This document shows, piece after piece, positions 41,134 to 51,330 of a DNA stretch of 64,000 nt. Under the pieces are notes generated by a model, which saw nothing but the letters and a program-made list of their open reading frames with translations, was not told the DNA's origin and ran no database searches. Every line of letters begins with the position of its first letter. Positions within the stretch are counted from its first letter, which is position 1. Made by a program: the position numbers and the translations under genes. This DNA comes from Syntrophorhabdaceae bacterium. GTDB taxonomy: Bacteria > Desulfobacterota > Syntrophorhabdia > Syntrophorhabdales > Syntrophorhabdaceae. The stretch lies in the NCBI GenBank assembly GCA_963666485.2, contig CAXXUO010000009.1, forward strand, positions 64,001-128,000. Reading direction: 5' to 3'.

Positions 41134-41240
41134 TTCTTGCCTCCTTTTAAATCGTTTTTGTCCTTTTTCACGGATATGAAGATGTTTGCGATGATCTCTG
41201 CAACTTTAATGATGAGCTTCATGGTGGGTCCTGTTATCAT
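41130..41240 (-). CDS. small 36-aa peptide leading the recombination operon
   Basis: RBS AGGAGG; MITGPTMKLIIKVAEIIANIFISVKKDKNDLKGGKK; its stop overlaps the SWIM gene start (ATGA). Confidence 0.55.
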   Translation of the reverse strand: MITGPTMKLIIKVAEIIANIFISVKKDKNDLKGGKK

Positions 41241-41709
41241 AGGCATACCTCCTGAGATGAATTGGGGTTGGGAAAGACTGCGGCCGGTTTTGGAATGACG
41301 ATGATGGGCATATCGGAAGTTTTATATAAAATTAATATATGTGGTGAGGGTGGTTATTCCCTGATTGGACCCACTCAACGGAAGGTCATTTTTCACACCA
41401 AGGAAGTAATCTGCGTCTCGACGATATCGGAGAAGACCAGGACGATGTAATATGCGAATATGGTTTAAAAGATATCGTATACAAGCCAAGATGCATAAGA
41501 GAAGCTAGCGCCTCTATATTGCGTCTTGCTAGGAATTGAGTTCTTGTCTGTGAAAGTTCTTGGACGTGAACGATCTATTGCTGCTTGGATTACTTGGGAG
41601 TGAAGAAGGAATTGGTAAAGAGGCGAATGAGCGATATCTAGACTATAAGTGATTAAAATTATTTTGGAAGTAGGTTGATATTTTTGGTTTTGTATAATAA
41701 TTTGTAAAT

Positions 41710-43200
41710 ATGAACGTTTACTTCTCCGATTTTTTTTGTATCGATCCGGAATTGGTCGAAGTCTATGGAGCTTTTAACATTTCGCTGATTAACGATTTAC
41801 CATTGTTCGTTGATCCTTTCTTGCTTTTTAATAGTGAAAAAGAGGATTACCAAAGACTACATCGCCAAATACTTGAATATGTGGCCTTTCTTCGTGAAAA
41901 ATCAATGGAAGAAGGTTTAAAATCTGGATTATTACAATCGTGGTTTGTTTTTTCTGAGGTTAAGCAGAATTGGCTTGGATACAGCCTGGTAGGTAACGGA
42001 GGAAGCGGTTTAGGCATTGATTTTGCGAAGGCTCTAAATAAGAATCTCCATACACTTTTTACGGATTTTGGCGAAGAAACGATAACCCGTAGTAGTCATC
42101 TTGAAAAGCTATGTCTTGTCAAAGACGGGGTTGGTCGAGATAACATCAGTGATTTCACCACAAACTTGATTAAATCGCACCTCTTGGAGTATACGCAAAC
42201 ATTTGCCAATAAGTATATCGATAAGTCGAAATGCAAGACTTTTGCGGTTCGTCGAGTAAGTTTTGATTATTTGACTCAAACGTGGAAAACAGGAAGATAT
42301 ACTCTTCCGTCATACAATAATGATTTTGTGCTTCTGACACCCAAAGACATTCTTACAAAAGATGAGACTTGGATTAACAAAGGAGATATCGTTGGCGATT
42401 TCGACGATATAGTCGCTTCGGTATCTAATGTCGAACTGAGGGATCAGATTAATCATTACTTCATAGCAAATCTTCCTCGTCCGGAACGAAAGAAGCGTGG
42501 TGGAGGAGCAAAAGCTCCAACGAAAAAACAAATTTCGGCAGCCATCTCAGCGGTAATATCAAAATATCCAGAATTCATTGATTACTATATTCGTTACAAG
42601 GAAGATCGCGGAAATGACGCCAAATCGATTAGCGAAGAAAGGGTGCTTGAGACTCAGGAACTTTTTGTCACCGAACTGTCCGCTTTTATTTCCAGCTTGT
42701 CTCGAAAATCAAAGTTTTATGAAACTCCAGGAGACACCTTGGAAGAATCTTATCAACGTGTCATGTTCCTCAAAAACGTTATAGAAAATAAAGATGGATA
42801 TCGGGCTTTTTACAGCAAAGGTGATCCGGTCAAAAGAGAGGTAGAAATTCAAGTCATGTTCAGGTTGACGTGGTACGCAACCCCGTCCGATGTAACTCGC
42901 GAAGCTAATGAGGGGCGTGGCCCGGTTGATTTCAAAGTATCAAGAGGCGCAAAGGATAAATCATTGGTTGAATTCAAGCTAGCAAGCAATACAAAATTAA
43001 GACAAAATTTGGAAAGGCAGGTTGAAATATACAAGAAAGCTCATGATACCGATAAAGCTATAAAGGTCATTCTCTTTTTTACTGAAGAAGAAGAAATAAA
43101 AGTCAAAAGAATTCTGTCCGATTTGGAGTTATCAAGTGACAAATATGTCGTTCTTATAGATGCCAGGAAAGACAATAAGCCATCTGCATCAAGAGCATGA
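41710..43200 (+). CDS. putative defence protein with a C-terminal PD-(D/E)XK-like nuclease domain
   Basis: N-terminal DLPLFVDPFLL; C-terminal E.EIQ...REANEGRGPVDF...LVEFK. Confidence 0.65.
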   Translation: MNVYFSDFFCIDPELVEVYGAFNISLINDLPLFVDPFLLFNSEKEDYQRLHRQILEYVAFLREKSMEEGLKSGLLQSWFVFSEVKQNWLGYSLVGNGGSGLGIDFAKALNKNLHTLFTDFGEETITRSSHLEKLCLVKDGVGRDNISDFTTNLIKSHLLEYTQTFANKYIDKSKCKTFAVRRVSFDYLTQTWKTGRYTLPSYNNDFVLLTPKDILTKDETWINKGDIVGDFDDIVASVSNVELRDQINHYFIANLPRPERKKRGGGAKAPTKKQISAAISAVISKYPEFIDYYIRYKEDRGNDAKSISEERVLETQELFVTELSAFISSLSRKSKFYETPGDTLEESYQRVMFLKNVIENKDGYRAFYSKGDPVKREVEIQVMFRLTWYATPSDVTREANEGRGPVDFKVSRGAKDKSLVEFKLASNTKLRQNLERQVEIYKKAHDTDKAIKVILFFTEEEEIKVKRILSDLELSSDKYVVLIDARKDNKPSASRA

Positions 43201-43335
43201 TATGCCAACTCTATAAGACTCAAGGCTTGACTAGCAAATACACGTCCCTACTTGGTCCAAATGTTGGAAGCGATGGCGGAGGAAATTCTCGCTACTAATC
43301 CGATAGAAAGGAAATGAATTTCAAGCATTTCCTAT

Positions 43336-44106
43336 TTAACTGTTGCGTTCAAGGTAGAGTAGATATTTTTCGATCAGCATTCGTGCGGTTTCCCTGGCTA
43401 ATGCAAGTTCGGAACTATCGGCGTCCCGTAGATGACCAGCAGATTTTCCTCTGTGCCTACCCTGTTTCAGTGGTCGTAAATTAGCTAAGTCACCGATAGT
43501 ATTCCATTTTGCTAGGGTAACACCAAGTTGTTTCTTTGCCTTATTTTGGTTTCTGAATTTCATGGTTAGAGCATCTCTAATTTCATAAAGATATACCAGT
43601 TCATTCTGAGGATCATTTACAGCCATTTGTAGACTTCTTAACATTTGATCAAGGGTCTCGTCGGATAACCTGAACTTGCCTATTGCCATAGCGAGCCACT
43701 CTTGTCGTTTTAGTCGGTCCTGCTTGGAATCGGAAATAATATTTCCATCCTTATCTCTTATGATGATGTCAACTGTTCCAACCGAGCACATTACTGTGAC
43801 GGTATCTTCTATTTTTAGAAAAATATTGCGTGTACCATCTTCCTTTAGATCTGTTCGTGATGGTTTGCTGAGAGTGAAGGCAGCATGAGTCAATACCTGA
43901 ACGGCAAGGAGCTGGCTTTCTATTATCTTTGTTAAATCGCCAGTTATTGAATCATTGTTTCTAAATACCCTCATTTCAATGGTTGCAATAGCGGTGCCTT
44001 GGGATATCTGTAGCGTAAAACCATCGCCAGACATGGCAATTGGCTCTTCCAAATAAGTCGAGGGAGAATATCTCCACTCTAGGTGAACCTCTACCGCCTT
44101 GCTCAT
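43336..44106 (-). CDS. hypothetical protein
   Basis: 256 aa, RBS AGGAG; helical C-terminus with LYEIRDAL...GRH. Confidence 0.7.
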   Translation of the reverse strand: MSKAVEVHLEWRYSPSTYLEEPIAMSGDGFTLQISQGTAIATIEMRVFRNNDSITGDLTKIIESQLLAVQVLTHAAFTLSKPSRTDLKEDGTRNIFLKIEDTVTVMCSVGTVDIIIRDKDGNIISDSKQDRLKRQEWLAMAIGKFRLSDETLDQMLRSLQMAVNDPQNELVYLYEIRDALTMKFRNQNKAKKQLGVTLAKWNTIGDLANLRPLKQGRHRGKSAGHLRDADSSELALARETARMLIEKYLLYLERNS

Positions 44107-44294
44107 CTTGGTCTCTCCTACTCAATTAGTGGCTCTAGTATATTTGACCAGTCTAGCCGGAATTAGTAGAACTCTGAATTGGATTCCTATTCCTATAGTA
44201 AAATTGTTTTGATTATCCTAGTTCAGGCTTCAGTCCGTGAATAACGCCATAACAGAGATAAATCTTGAATACGTCACATTTTTATCTAATTAGC

Positions 44295-46067
44295 TTATTG
44301 TAACGAAAGAGTCTCGGCAACTTTTTTGAGTTTCTTTTCAAATGGCCCATATATTTCGGGAGGTGCCATACCTCCAACAGTGTAACTCTTTCCCTTGTGA
44401 AAAGTTATAATCGTGTATTGCCTTTTTAAATTTCCCATAAGCAAAAACTGGGTTATGAGATAAGCAGCTTTTTTCTTAGCTAGTTGCCCCCTGCCAAAAT
44501 CTACAAGGACCTTATCCGGATCTATTTTCCTCTGTTCCTCGAAAAGTTTTTGTATGAAATTATGTAACCCCCTTTTTGAAAAACTTCCTATGTTTGTATC
44601 TTGAGATTCAGGGCTATTGTTTTTAACGACGACATGCATTGATTCACCAGAATTGTTCCTTGTTGAGACTATAAGATAATTGTCAATTTGACGTTCCTCT
44701 AATTGCCACCCTGTTTCGAATTGTATGCTGAACCCCCAATTGTTACTACGGTATAGACCGGTAGTAGGATCATAATTGCCTGGCGCAGGTTTGGCCGAAG
44801 ATTGAAGTGGCAGATCCGCCGCGGGTTTTTTGCCTGTAATTTTATCAGGATCGCTTGAAGACCAATGCGACCAAATGCCTAAACTGTCTATAAGGCCAGA
44901 TTTAAACTGGCGCGTGGTTGGAATAGGCAAATAACCTGTGCCAAAAACCAGGCATATTAAAAATATAAAAAATCCCATCCAGATGCTCCCAACAATACTC
45001 CTTTTATATTTCCAGTTAAATAAAACTGTGAATGATGGTGCGCTATCTTTGGCTATATAGAGAATAAGTACCGTAACGAGAGCAAGCGCGCACCATTGAA
45101 TTAATAAGGTGAGAAAATCTATCTCCCGGTAACCTCGTAGAGTAAATAGAAAAGCATAGCCCCGGTCACGAATAATCCCATTTATTTTTGATATCCAAGG
45201 CGGGAAGATTGCCATAATCGCACCAATTGCGATTGCGCAAAATATAGTAATCTTACGATAATTAACGATTCTCTCTCTGGAACAACCTACAAATTTAGGA
45301 CATGTCCTATAAATTTTTAGTAACGACCACCGAATAGCAAAGATGACAAATGGTATGAACACCCATATTAATCCAACCTTTAATAAAAAATCCCTTCTTT
45401 GCTTGGCTGAATATTTTTCCACAATAGACCAGTATTCTTTGCAGGCATCCAGCATAATCTTTTCATTAAATCCATCATAGAATCTAATAAAATGCTTATT
45501 TGGCATCTCCACTTCGATGGTTGCCTCACCGTAGGCCAATTTATCAAACATGTCTTTCTCAATTATAAGGCCGGCCTCGTACGATAGATTGTCATAAAAC
45601 TGTTTTTGATGGAGTATATTTTCGGGCCTTGGGATCATCAACAAGACATAGATTAGCAGAGATAGAGAATACACAATTATCGAGATGTATAAGGTTTTTT
45701 TGCCGATCAACTGTTGTGCTGTTTCAGGTTTTTCTTCCTGCAGGTTAAGATATGCATCATCTGGCGTTCCTTCCTGAGTATTTTGACAAACATTCGCAAT
45801 CCTTTCTTTTCTTCCAATCATTGAAAATAGTAAGAATATTCCCCCCAAAACAAACAAAATACACGCAATGGTCGCGATAATTTGGACAGTTTTTTCACTT
45901 ACGAATGGTAATATACATAAAATTAAGAAAATGCTTGGAAGGGTAAACCGATAATAAAAATTCACCCTGATTCCATAATTTCTCAAGGTTCGTTGGATAG
46001 TGTACAACGCTAGTATGACAAAACAAAATGCAGCGGTCCCTATGCCTATCGCCGTGCCAAGACTCAT
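44295..46067 (-). CDS. multi-pass membrane protein with a C-terminal PsbP-like domain
   Basis: About 8 hydrophobic segments; C-terminal YRSNNWGFSIQFETGW. Confidence 0.7.
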   Translation of the reverse strand: MSLGTAIGIGTAAFCFVILALYTIQRTLRNYGIRVNFYYRFTLPSIFLILCILPFVSEKTVQIIATIACILFVLGGIFLLFSMIGRKERIANVCQNTQEGTPDDAYLNLQEEKPETAQQLIGKKTLYISIIVYSLSLLIYVLLMIPRPENILHQKQFYDNLSYEAGLIIEKDMFDKLAYGEATIEVEMPNKHFIRFYDGFNEKIMLDACKEYWSIVEKYSAKQRRDFLLKVGLIWVFIPFVIFAIRWSLLKIYRTCPKFVGCSRERIVNYRKITIFCAIAIGAIMAIFPPWISKINGIIRDRGYAFLFTLRGYREIDFLTLLIQWCALALVTVLILYIAKDSAPSFTVLFNWKYKRSIVGSIWMGFFIFLICLVFGTGYLPIPTTRQFKSGLIDSLGIWSHWSSSDPDKITGKKPAADLPLQSSAKPAPGNYDPTTGLYRSNNWGFSIQFETGWQLEERQIDNYLIVSTRNNSGESMHVVVKNNSPESQDTNIGSFSKRGLHNFIQKLFEEQRKIDPDKVLVDFGRGQLAKKKAAYLITQFLLMGNLKRQYTIITFHKGKSYTVGGMAPPEIYGPFEKKLKKVAETLSLQ

Positions 46068-46244
46068 ACGATTCTCCTATGATTCTATATAAAGATGTTT
46101 AATGTTCCATGATTTTAAAAAGATTGTCAATAACTCGTGGTTCCGTTTCGGGTGGAAATATGTTCAGGATTATCAAAAGTATATCGACAAACAAATATCA
46201 GCATTTTATAATCACAAAAAAGACGGTCAATTAAGCAAGGAAGA

Positions 46245-47318
46245 ATGATAATGAACATTTACCCGCATAATATCAAGCGCATATTAATCATGTTACCAAT
46301 CATTATAATATTCGCATGTACTACTGCCTTGGCTGGTCCCTCTGAAGATGCCAGCCTCCGAGAAGCGACAAAAAAGTTGGATATTAATGCAGTAAAAACC
46401 GCTTTAAGAAGAGGGGCAAACCCCAATATGCCATCCTCCGATCCGCGACCAATGACCCCATTGAGCCTAACCTCAATGGCCGTTCTCTTTGATCGTAATG
46501 GAAATGAAAGCAAGAGAGCGGCAGAGATTTTTAAGATATTATTTGCTGCTGGAGCAAAACTTGGTCGTTGGGATCGAGACATTCTTTTTGTTCCAATTTC
46601 AGGAGGACATGTAGAACTTGTGAAGTTGCTTTTATCTCATGGGGCATCACCTACGGCAAAAATCGAAGGATATTTGCCAACCCAACTGGCCCTCAAATAT
46701 GGGCAAACAGAGGTATACAATCTTTTGTTATCTCACGGTGGAATCGCGGCCAACAATAAGGAAGCTCTGCAGTTGAGTTTTATAGAAGCAGCTACGAATG
46801 GTCAAATTATCAAAATGGAACGGGCGTTTAAAGCTGGGGCGCGTATCGATGCGGCAGGTCCGGACGGTATGACAGCGCTAATAAGCGCTCTCAGAATACC
46901 CATTCATGATAAGAGTAAATTGGGTATCATTTCATGGCTCCTAGATCATGGTGCTGATCCTAACCTTAGAGGAGAAAGCGGATTCAGGGATTTCGATGGA
47001 ATTCCACTTCACGTTTTTGTGGCAATTAATAGAGGTATTATGATGGGTGAGATAACGACATTGCAGGACGCACAAGTGTTTGCAGAGGCAGCTTTAACGC
47101 GATTATTAAAGGCTGGCGCCAAAGTATCCGGAATGGATACGCAAGACAGAACTCCTCTACATATCTGTGCTAAAGTCAACAATGTTAGGGCTGCAGAAAT
47201 ATTAATCGAAAGAGGCGCCCGCATTATGGCAAGGGACGTAAAGGGTAAGACCCCCCTTGATTACGCAGAATCGGAGTCTATGATCAGACTGCTAAGGAGC
47301 CATGGAGCATCTGAGTGA
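46245..47318 (+). CDS. exported ankyrin-repeat protein
   Basis: Signal peptide; LLSHGA, GMTALISA, DRTPLHIC and GKTPLDYA repeats. Confidence 0.85.
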   Translation: MIMNIYPHNIKRILIMLPIIIIFACTTALAGPSEDASLREATKKLDINAVKTALRRGANPNMPSSDPRPMTPLSLTSMAVLFDRNGNESKRAAEIFKILFAAGAKLGRWDRDILFVPISGGHVELVKLLLSHGASPTAKIEGYLPTQLALKYGQTEVYNLLLSHGGIAANNKEALQLSFIEAATNGQIIKMERAFKAGARIDAAGPDGMTALISALRIPIHDKSKLGIISWLLDHGADPNLRGESGFRDFDGIPLHVFVAINRGIMMGEITTLQDAQVFAEAALTRLLKAGAKVSGMDTQDRTPLHICAKVNNVRAAEILIERGARIMARDVKGKTPLDYAESESMIRLLRSHGASE

Positions 47319-47365
47319 TAGGTTGAATATCTCTAGTTGAATAACCCGTAAAGTGAGGTAATTAA

Positions 47366-48214
47366 GTGGCCTTAGCGCCTATAAGCATATCATGCGCAAA
47401 ATGTGGAACTGACTTCACAGCGTTACCAAAGCGTTCATTTCTCGGGTTTCAGAAATTATCATGTCCAAATTGTGACGAACAATTGACATATCCCCTGACA
47501 TCAGGATACCGAATCACTTACTGGATTCTGTTTGGTTTAATGGTTTTAGGCTCGATTGATATAGCGTTGCAGGGTAAATTTCCGATAATTGGTTTTTTTG
47601 GATTTGCGATTATGATAGCGCTTTTTAATGATGTTTGCATAAGAAAACAGTTGGCTAAAAGTTTTCGGGGAAAAGCGCCTGATGATTCTGCGAAAGATGT
47701 CGCTCAACCTAAAGTATTGGAAGTTACTGATGTTGAGAAGAGATCTTCTGAGCCGCTGACCCAGGTTGAGTACATCGAGAGAATATCCACAAAAAAGGTG
47801 CTTGATCAAAGTAGGTTACGTAAAGTTGTTCTGATTTGGTCGGTAGGATTATCTGTGTTGTCTTTGGGTTTTGCCGGATATAATCTTCATAAATCAATCA
47901 AGGCAGATAAAGACTGGGAAACTGAGAGAATAAAAGTTAATCGGTTATACGAGGAAAAAAGGAAGATTACTGATAAATATATTTATGAATACGGGGTCAC
48001 AAGCCAAAAGGAGCTCGATGAAGCAACATATGTTCAAGATATGTTGATAAATAATACCGTGGAGCTAGCTAAGATATATTGGAATAAATTTAAAAAACAT
48101 ACATTCTATTTCTGGTTGTCCTTAGCGCTGACCACAATTCCTTGGTTGGCGATTATTTTTTTTAGGTTTATACGATGGCAATATCGATACCTCTATCCAG
48201 AAAAGAAAGGGTAA
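47366..48214 (+). CDS. membrane protein with an N-terminal zinc ribbon
   Basis: CAKC...CPNC followed by four TM segments. Confidence 0.7.
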   Translation: MALAPISISCAKCGTDFTALPKRSFLGFQKLSCPNCDEQLTYPLTSGYRITYWILFGLMVLGSIDIALQGKFPIIGFFGFAIMIALFNDVCIRKQLAKSFRGKAPDDSAKDVAQPKVLEVTDVEKRSSEPLTQVEYIERISTKKVLDQSRLRKVVLIWSVGLSVLSLGFAGYNLHKSIKADKDWETERIKVNRLYEEKRKITDKYIYEYGVTSQKELDEATYVQDMLINNTVELAKIYWNKFKKHTFYFWLSLALTTIPWLAIIFFRFIRWQYRYLYPEKKG

Positions 48215-48219
48215 CAACA

Positions 48220-48822
48220 GTGATTAAAAATACGTTCCTGGCCTATATTTTGCTGAGTTTGATCGGACTAATGATTTATTCATTTGATTCTGCGTACGCT
48301 CAGTCCAATTGGGTTACTTTTAGAAATACCGAATTTAAATTTCGTTTCATCTATCCTCCGGGTTGGAAGATCGATACACCTAGAGGGAAAAATGTTCGGG
48401 GAAAAGTTTCATCCCCAAAAGGGGAATTATTCGCCAGTTGTAATATCGTTGTAAAACCGTCGCCGGCAATCTCCAAGTACACCCAGAAAGAACTCGGTGA
48501 AATGCTTGAGACTGAAGTATGGTCCGCTAATGATTGGTTAGGGACTTTAAAAGACAAATTTCCCGATGCTATGATTAATGAAAGAAAAAGGATCAAAATT
48601 GATAATCTGCCAGCACAGTTCGCCGTTTTTAAATACACCTACGAGACAATGGATATGAAACTCTATTCGCAGTCAATGGTTTTTGCGACATTTACGCCTG
48701 GTTATGCATGGTTATTCACTTGCGGATCTGCTGCCAAGGATGAACGTGATGCAGAAAAGAATTATGCATTTTGGAAGCCAATATTTACAAGATTATTTAG
48801 TTCATTTGTATTCGAAAAATAA
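48220..48822 (+). CDS. exported PsbP-like protein
   Basis: GTG start, signal peptide ending AYA, then FRNTEFKFRFIYPPGW. Confidence 0.65.
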   Translation: MIKNTFLAYILLSLIGLMIYSFDSAYAQSNWVTFRNTEFKFRFIYPPGWKIDTPRGKNVRGKVSSPKGELFASCNIVVKPSPAISKYTQKELGEMLETEVWSANDWLGTLKDKFPDAMINERKRIKIDNLPAQFAVFKYTYETMDMKLYSQSMVFATFTPGYAWLFTCGSAAKDERDAEKNYAFWKPIFTRLFSSFVFEK

Positions 48823-48928
48823 CCTATATTTACACTGGATTTACGGTCAAGCATTCCTCTTCTTCAACCCGGAATGAGATATCATATTTAAAGTAAACAA
48901 ATTCATTCCTTTTATTTGCCAATAGCAC

Positions 48929-49444
48929 TTATGATAAAAGTCGCGGAATTTGCGCTTTGCAACTAGAGCAATACCATTGCTGAGCATCGTCACTATAGTC
49001 CAGATTGGTATATTGGGATCCGCATAGAGGACAATTGCCCGTGACAGTTGGTCTAGAATTCATATTTGTACTGTTTTCATTTTTCAACGATGCTCTCTTA
49101 AGACTTATCCTACACAACACTGTTCCCGCTATTAGACCGGCAGAAACACTTAAGGCACCTATTGAATAGCCGAATAAAATTGCCGTCAAGAAATCCAATA
49201 ACATGAATACGGCTATTCCCACTATTGAGTAAACTACACAATTTGAAAAGCGTTCGGATCCAGAAATTAGCCCTTTTGTCCAAATTCCAACGAAGGTTGT
49301 AGCGTTAATAATAATAGTAATCGAGTACAACGCAAATGATTGGTGCATCATAGAAGTTTTCGGGTTTAGGATAGTCACTATAAACGTACTAACAATGGTA
49401 GACGCAAATACAGCTATTATCGTGAATAACCAGCGCGCAGCCAT
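48929..49444 (-). CDS. membrane protein with a C-terminal zinc ribbon
   Basis: Four TM segments, then CPLC...CSSC. Confidence 0.7.
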   Translation of the reverse strand: MAARWLFTIIAVFASTIVSTFIVTILNPKTSMMHQSFALYSITIIINATTFVGIWTKGLISGSERFSNCVVYSIVGIAVFMLLDFLTAILFGYSIGALSVSAGLIAGTVLCRISLKRASLKNENSTNMNSRPTVTGNCPLCGSQYTNLDYSDDAQQWYCSSCKAQIPRLLS

Positions 49445-49938
49445 TTATTCCCCCAAATTAATACCGTAGATCATTACCCAAATCAAAAAATTGCTTGAAT
49501 CATGTTTCTCATAATATCGCTAGCATATTACTTTGTCAAAGAAAATAAAATAACCTTTATAGCACCCTATTAAAATTATGGCAATAACAGGTTTTGGTTC
49601 TCGCATAAAACCTTTCAAGAGCCGTTCCTCTCATAATCCCAACCAATTATTACCATCTACGCGTATCCCTCACCCAGATTAACACGGGAAGATCCTAGAG
49701 GATATTGTTCTCATATATCCGGAAGCAGCAACCGACCATATCTTTCTTCTCACCATTTTTGGTTTTTTTTGTTTCATGATATTTTATACAAGTAAATTCT
49801 GCTTGTTATGACTTACCAACGTCCATAACCATAGAATCCCTACCTCTGGAACAATCCCTTCCGAAATCTTCTTGTATAATAGACCAACTGTCCTACAAAC
49901 ATTATCTATAAACAAAAAAAATAAAATGGTTCCCCCAG

Positions 49939-50115
49939 AGGAAAACCGACCCTCCCAGCAGGGGGAGGGAAGGTTTTTCTTAGTTTATATTTTCTTATAA
50001 TATCTTATAGGGCTGAGATCATGAATGTTATTATCCGGTTATATCCGTTTACGTTTTCCGGACCCTACATCGATTCTTTCCGGACCCTACATCATTATTT
50101 TCCGGACCCTACATC
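49939..50115. repeat. putative replication origin: three 17-bp iterons at 22-bp spacing, AT-rich tract and hairpin
   Basis: TTTCCGGACCCTACATC at 50055, 50077 and 50099; AT-rich 49980-50045; stem-loop 49939-49980. Confidence 0.8.
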
Positions 50116-51318
50116 CCCTTCAGATATAGTGGTGGTATCGATTTGCGGACTCTTGTGATCGTTCTTACCCTTCTTCGGTAATGTGATTTCATATTTGATC
50201 CCATTAAATCCTGTGACTTGCTTGTAATCGAGTATCAGACCGTATTTTTTCAGGGGATTGAGGGTATTTATCTCCAGATTGGCAATGAGGTTCGTTATGT
50301 TCGTGTCCTTGAAGCGCATCCGCTCTACGATAGTGGTGAGATTGAATTCCTGTTTGACCAGGTTATGATGCAGCAGGAGATGGCGATAGAATATTTGCGC
50401 CGACTGCGCGAGATGATACAGGTTGTTGTCGATCCAGTCATAATTCCTCGTCAAGAGGTTATGGACGAACATCTCTCCCAGGATCGTATTGAAGATAATG
50501 TAGTAAAATCGGTTTTGGACAATCCCGTCATTTCTTACTTCCTTGTCGATGTAACCCAATTCAAAGGGGTGACTGAAAACGTTCATTGAATACCATTTTT
50601 CTTTCATACTTTTTCCTTTGTCCGTTACCATCCGCACGGGGAACTCGATCCTGAACTCGACCCGCGATGTTTTCTTGAGAAGGCTGAAAATGTCGTTGGA
50701 ACACAATTTAAGACCTGTGAAACTTCGGAAATGGCGGTCGTCAAACCTTACGTATTTTTGTTGCTTTAAGGCTGATAGGTCTTCTTCCGTAATTGCTCTG
50801 GGAATGTTAATTGGTTTTCCAAAATTATTTATATCGATCTCCTGCTCTCGTCTCCTGATGCTGTCATAATCATTGAATATGGGGGTGATTTCATCCGGGA
50901 TAACATCGCCATTTTCCTTCAGGAGAAAGAGATGTCCCACCACGTCCATCACCATATAACTTTTGGCGTCCCAATCGCCGCTGATAGAGCAAGCTTTACC
51001 CGATTTTACCGATTCCCATTGGTATGTAATGTCTTCCCTATTGCCTCTCACTATGTTGGGGGGAATCGCTTTGTTCATCCCGCGCTCCGACGTGTTTGAC
51101 CGTGTTCCCTTTATGCTCAGCCTAGCGATTGTCTGGGATACCGAGTTGACGAGCTTTGCATAGTTAAAATCATCACTCAGGAATTCTTCTATTTTCTTTA
51201 ATGCATTGTGCTTATCCCTCAGGTCCTCCAGATCTGCGTGGAGATATTTCGGATAAGCAATCCCGTCATATTCTGATCTGAGTTTATAAAATGTTTCTTT
51301 TGCTTCTTCCTTATTCAT
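50095..51318 (-). CDS. putative replication initiator (Rep)
   Basis: Last gene of the primase operon, overlapping the iterons; C-terminal winged-helix-like pattern. Function inferred from context. Confidence 0.6.
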   Translation of the reverse strand: MNKEEAKETFYKLRSEYDGIAYPKYLHADLEDLRDKHNALKKIEEFLSDDFNYAKLVNSVSQTIARLSIKGTRSNTSERGMNKAIPPNIVRGNREDITYQWESVKSGKACSISGDWDAKSYMVMDVVGHLFLLKENGDVIPDEITPIFNDYDSIRRREQEIDINNFGKPINIPRAITEEDLSALKQQKYVRFDDRHFRSFTGLKLCSNDIFSLLKKTSRVEFRIEFPVRMVTDKGKSMKEKWYSMNVFSHPFELGYIDKEVRNDGIVQNRFYYIIFNTILGEMFVHNLLTRNYDWIDNNLYHLAQSAQIFYRHLLLHHNLVKQEFNLTTIVERMRFKDTNITNLIANLEINTLNPLKKYGLILDYKQVTGFNGIKYEITLPKKGKNDHKSPQIDTTTISEGDVGSGK

Positions 51319-51330
51319 GACCAGGTCCTC

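Noticed and set aside
50055..50115. Mini CRISPR array
   Set aside because: The repeats are 17 bp with 5-bp spacers, which fits iterons.
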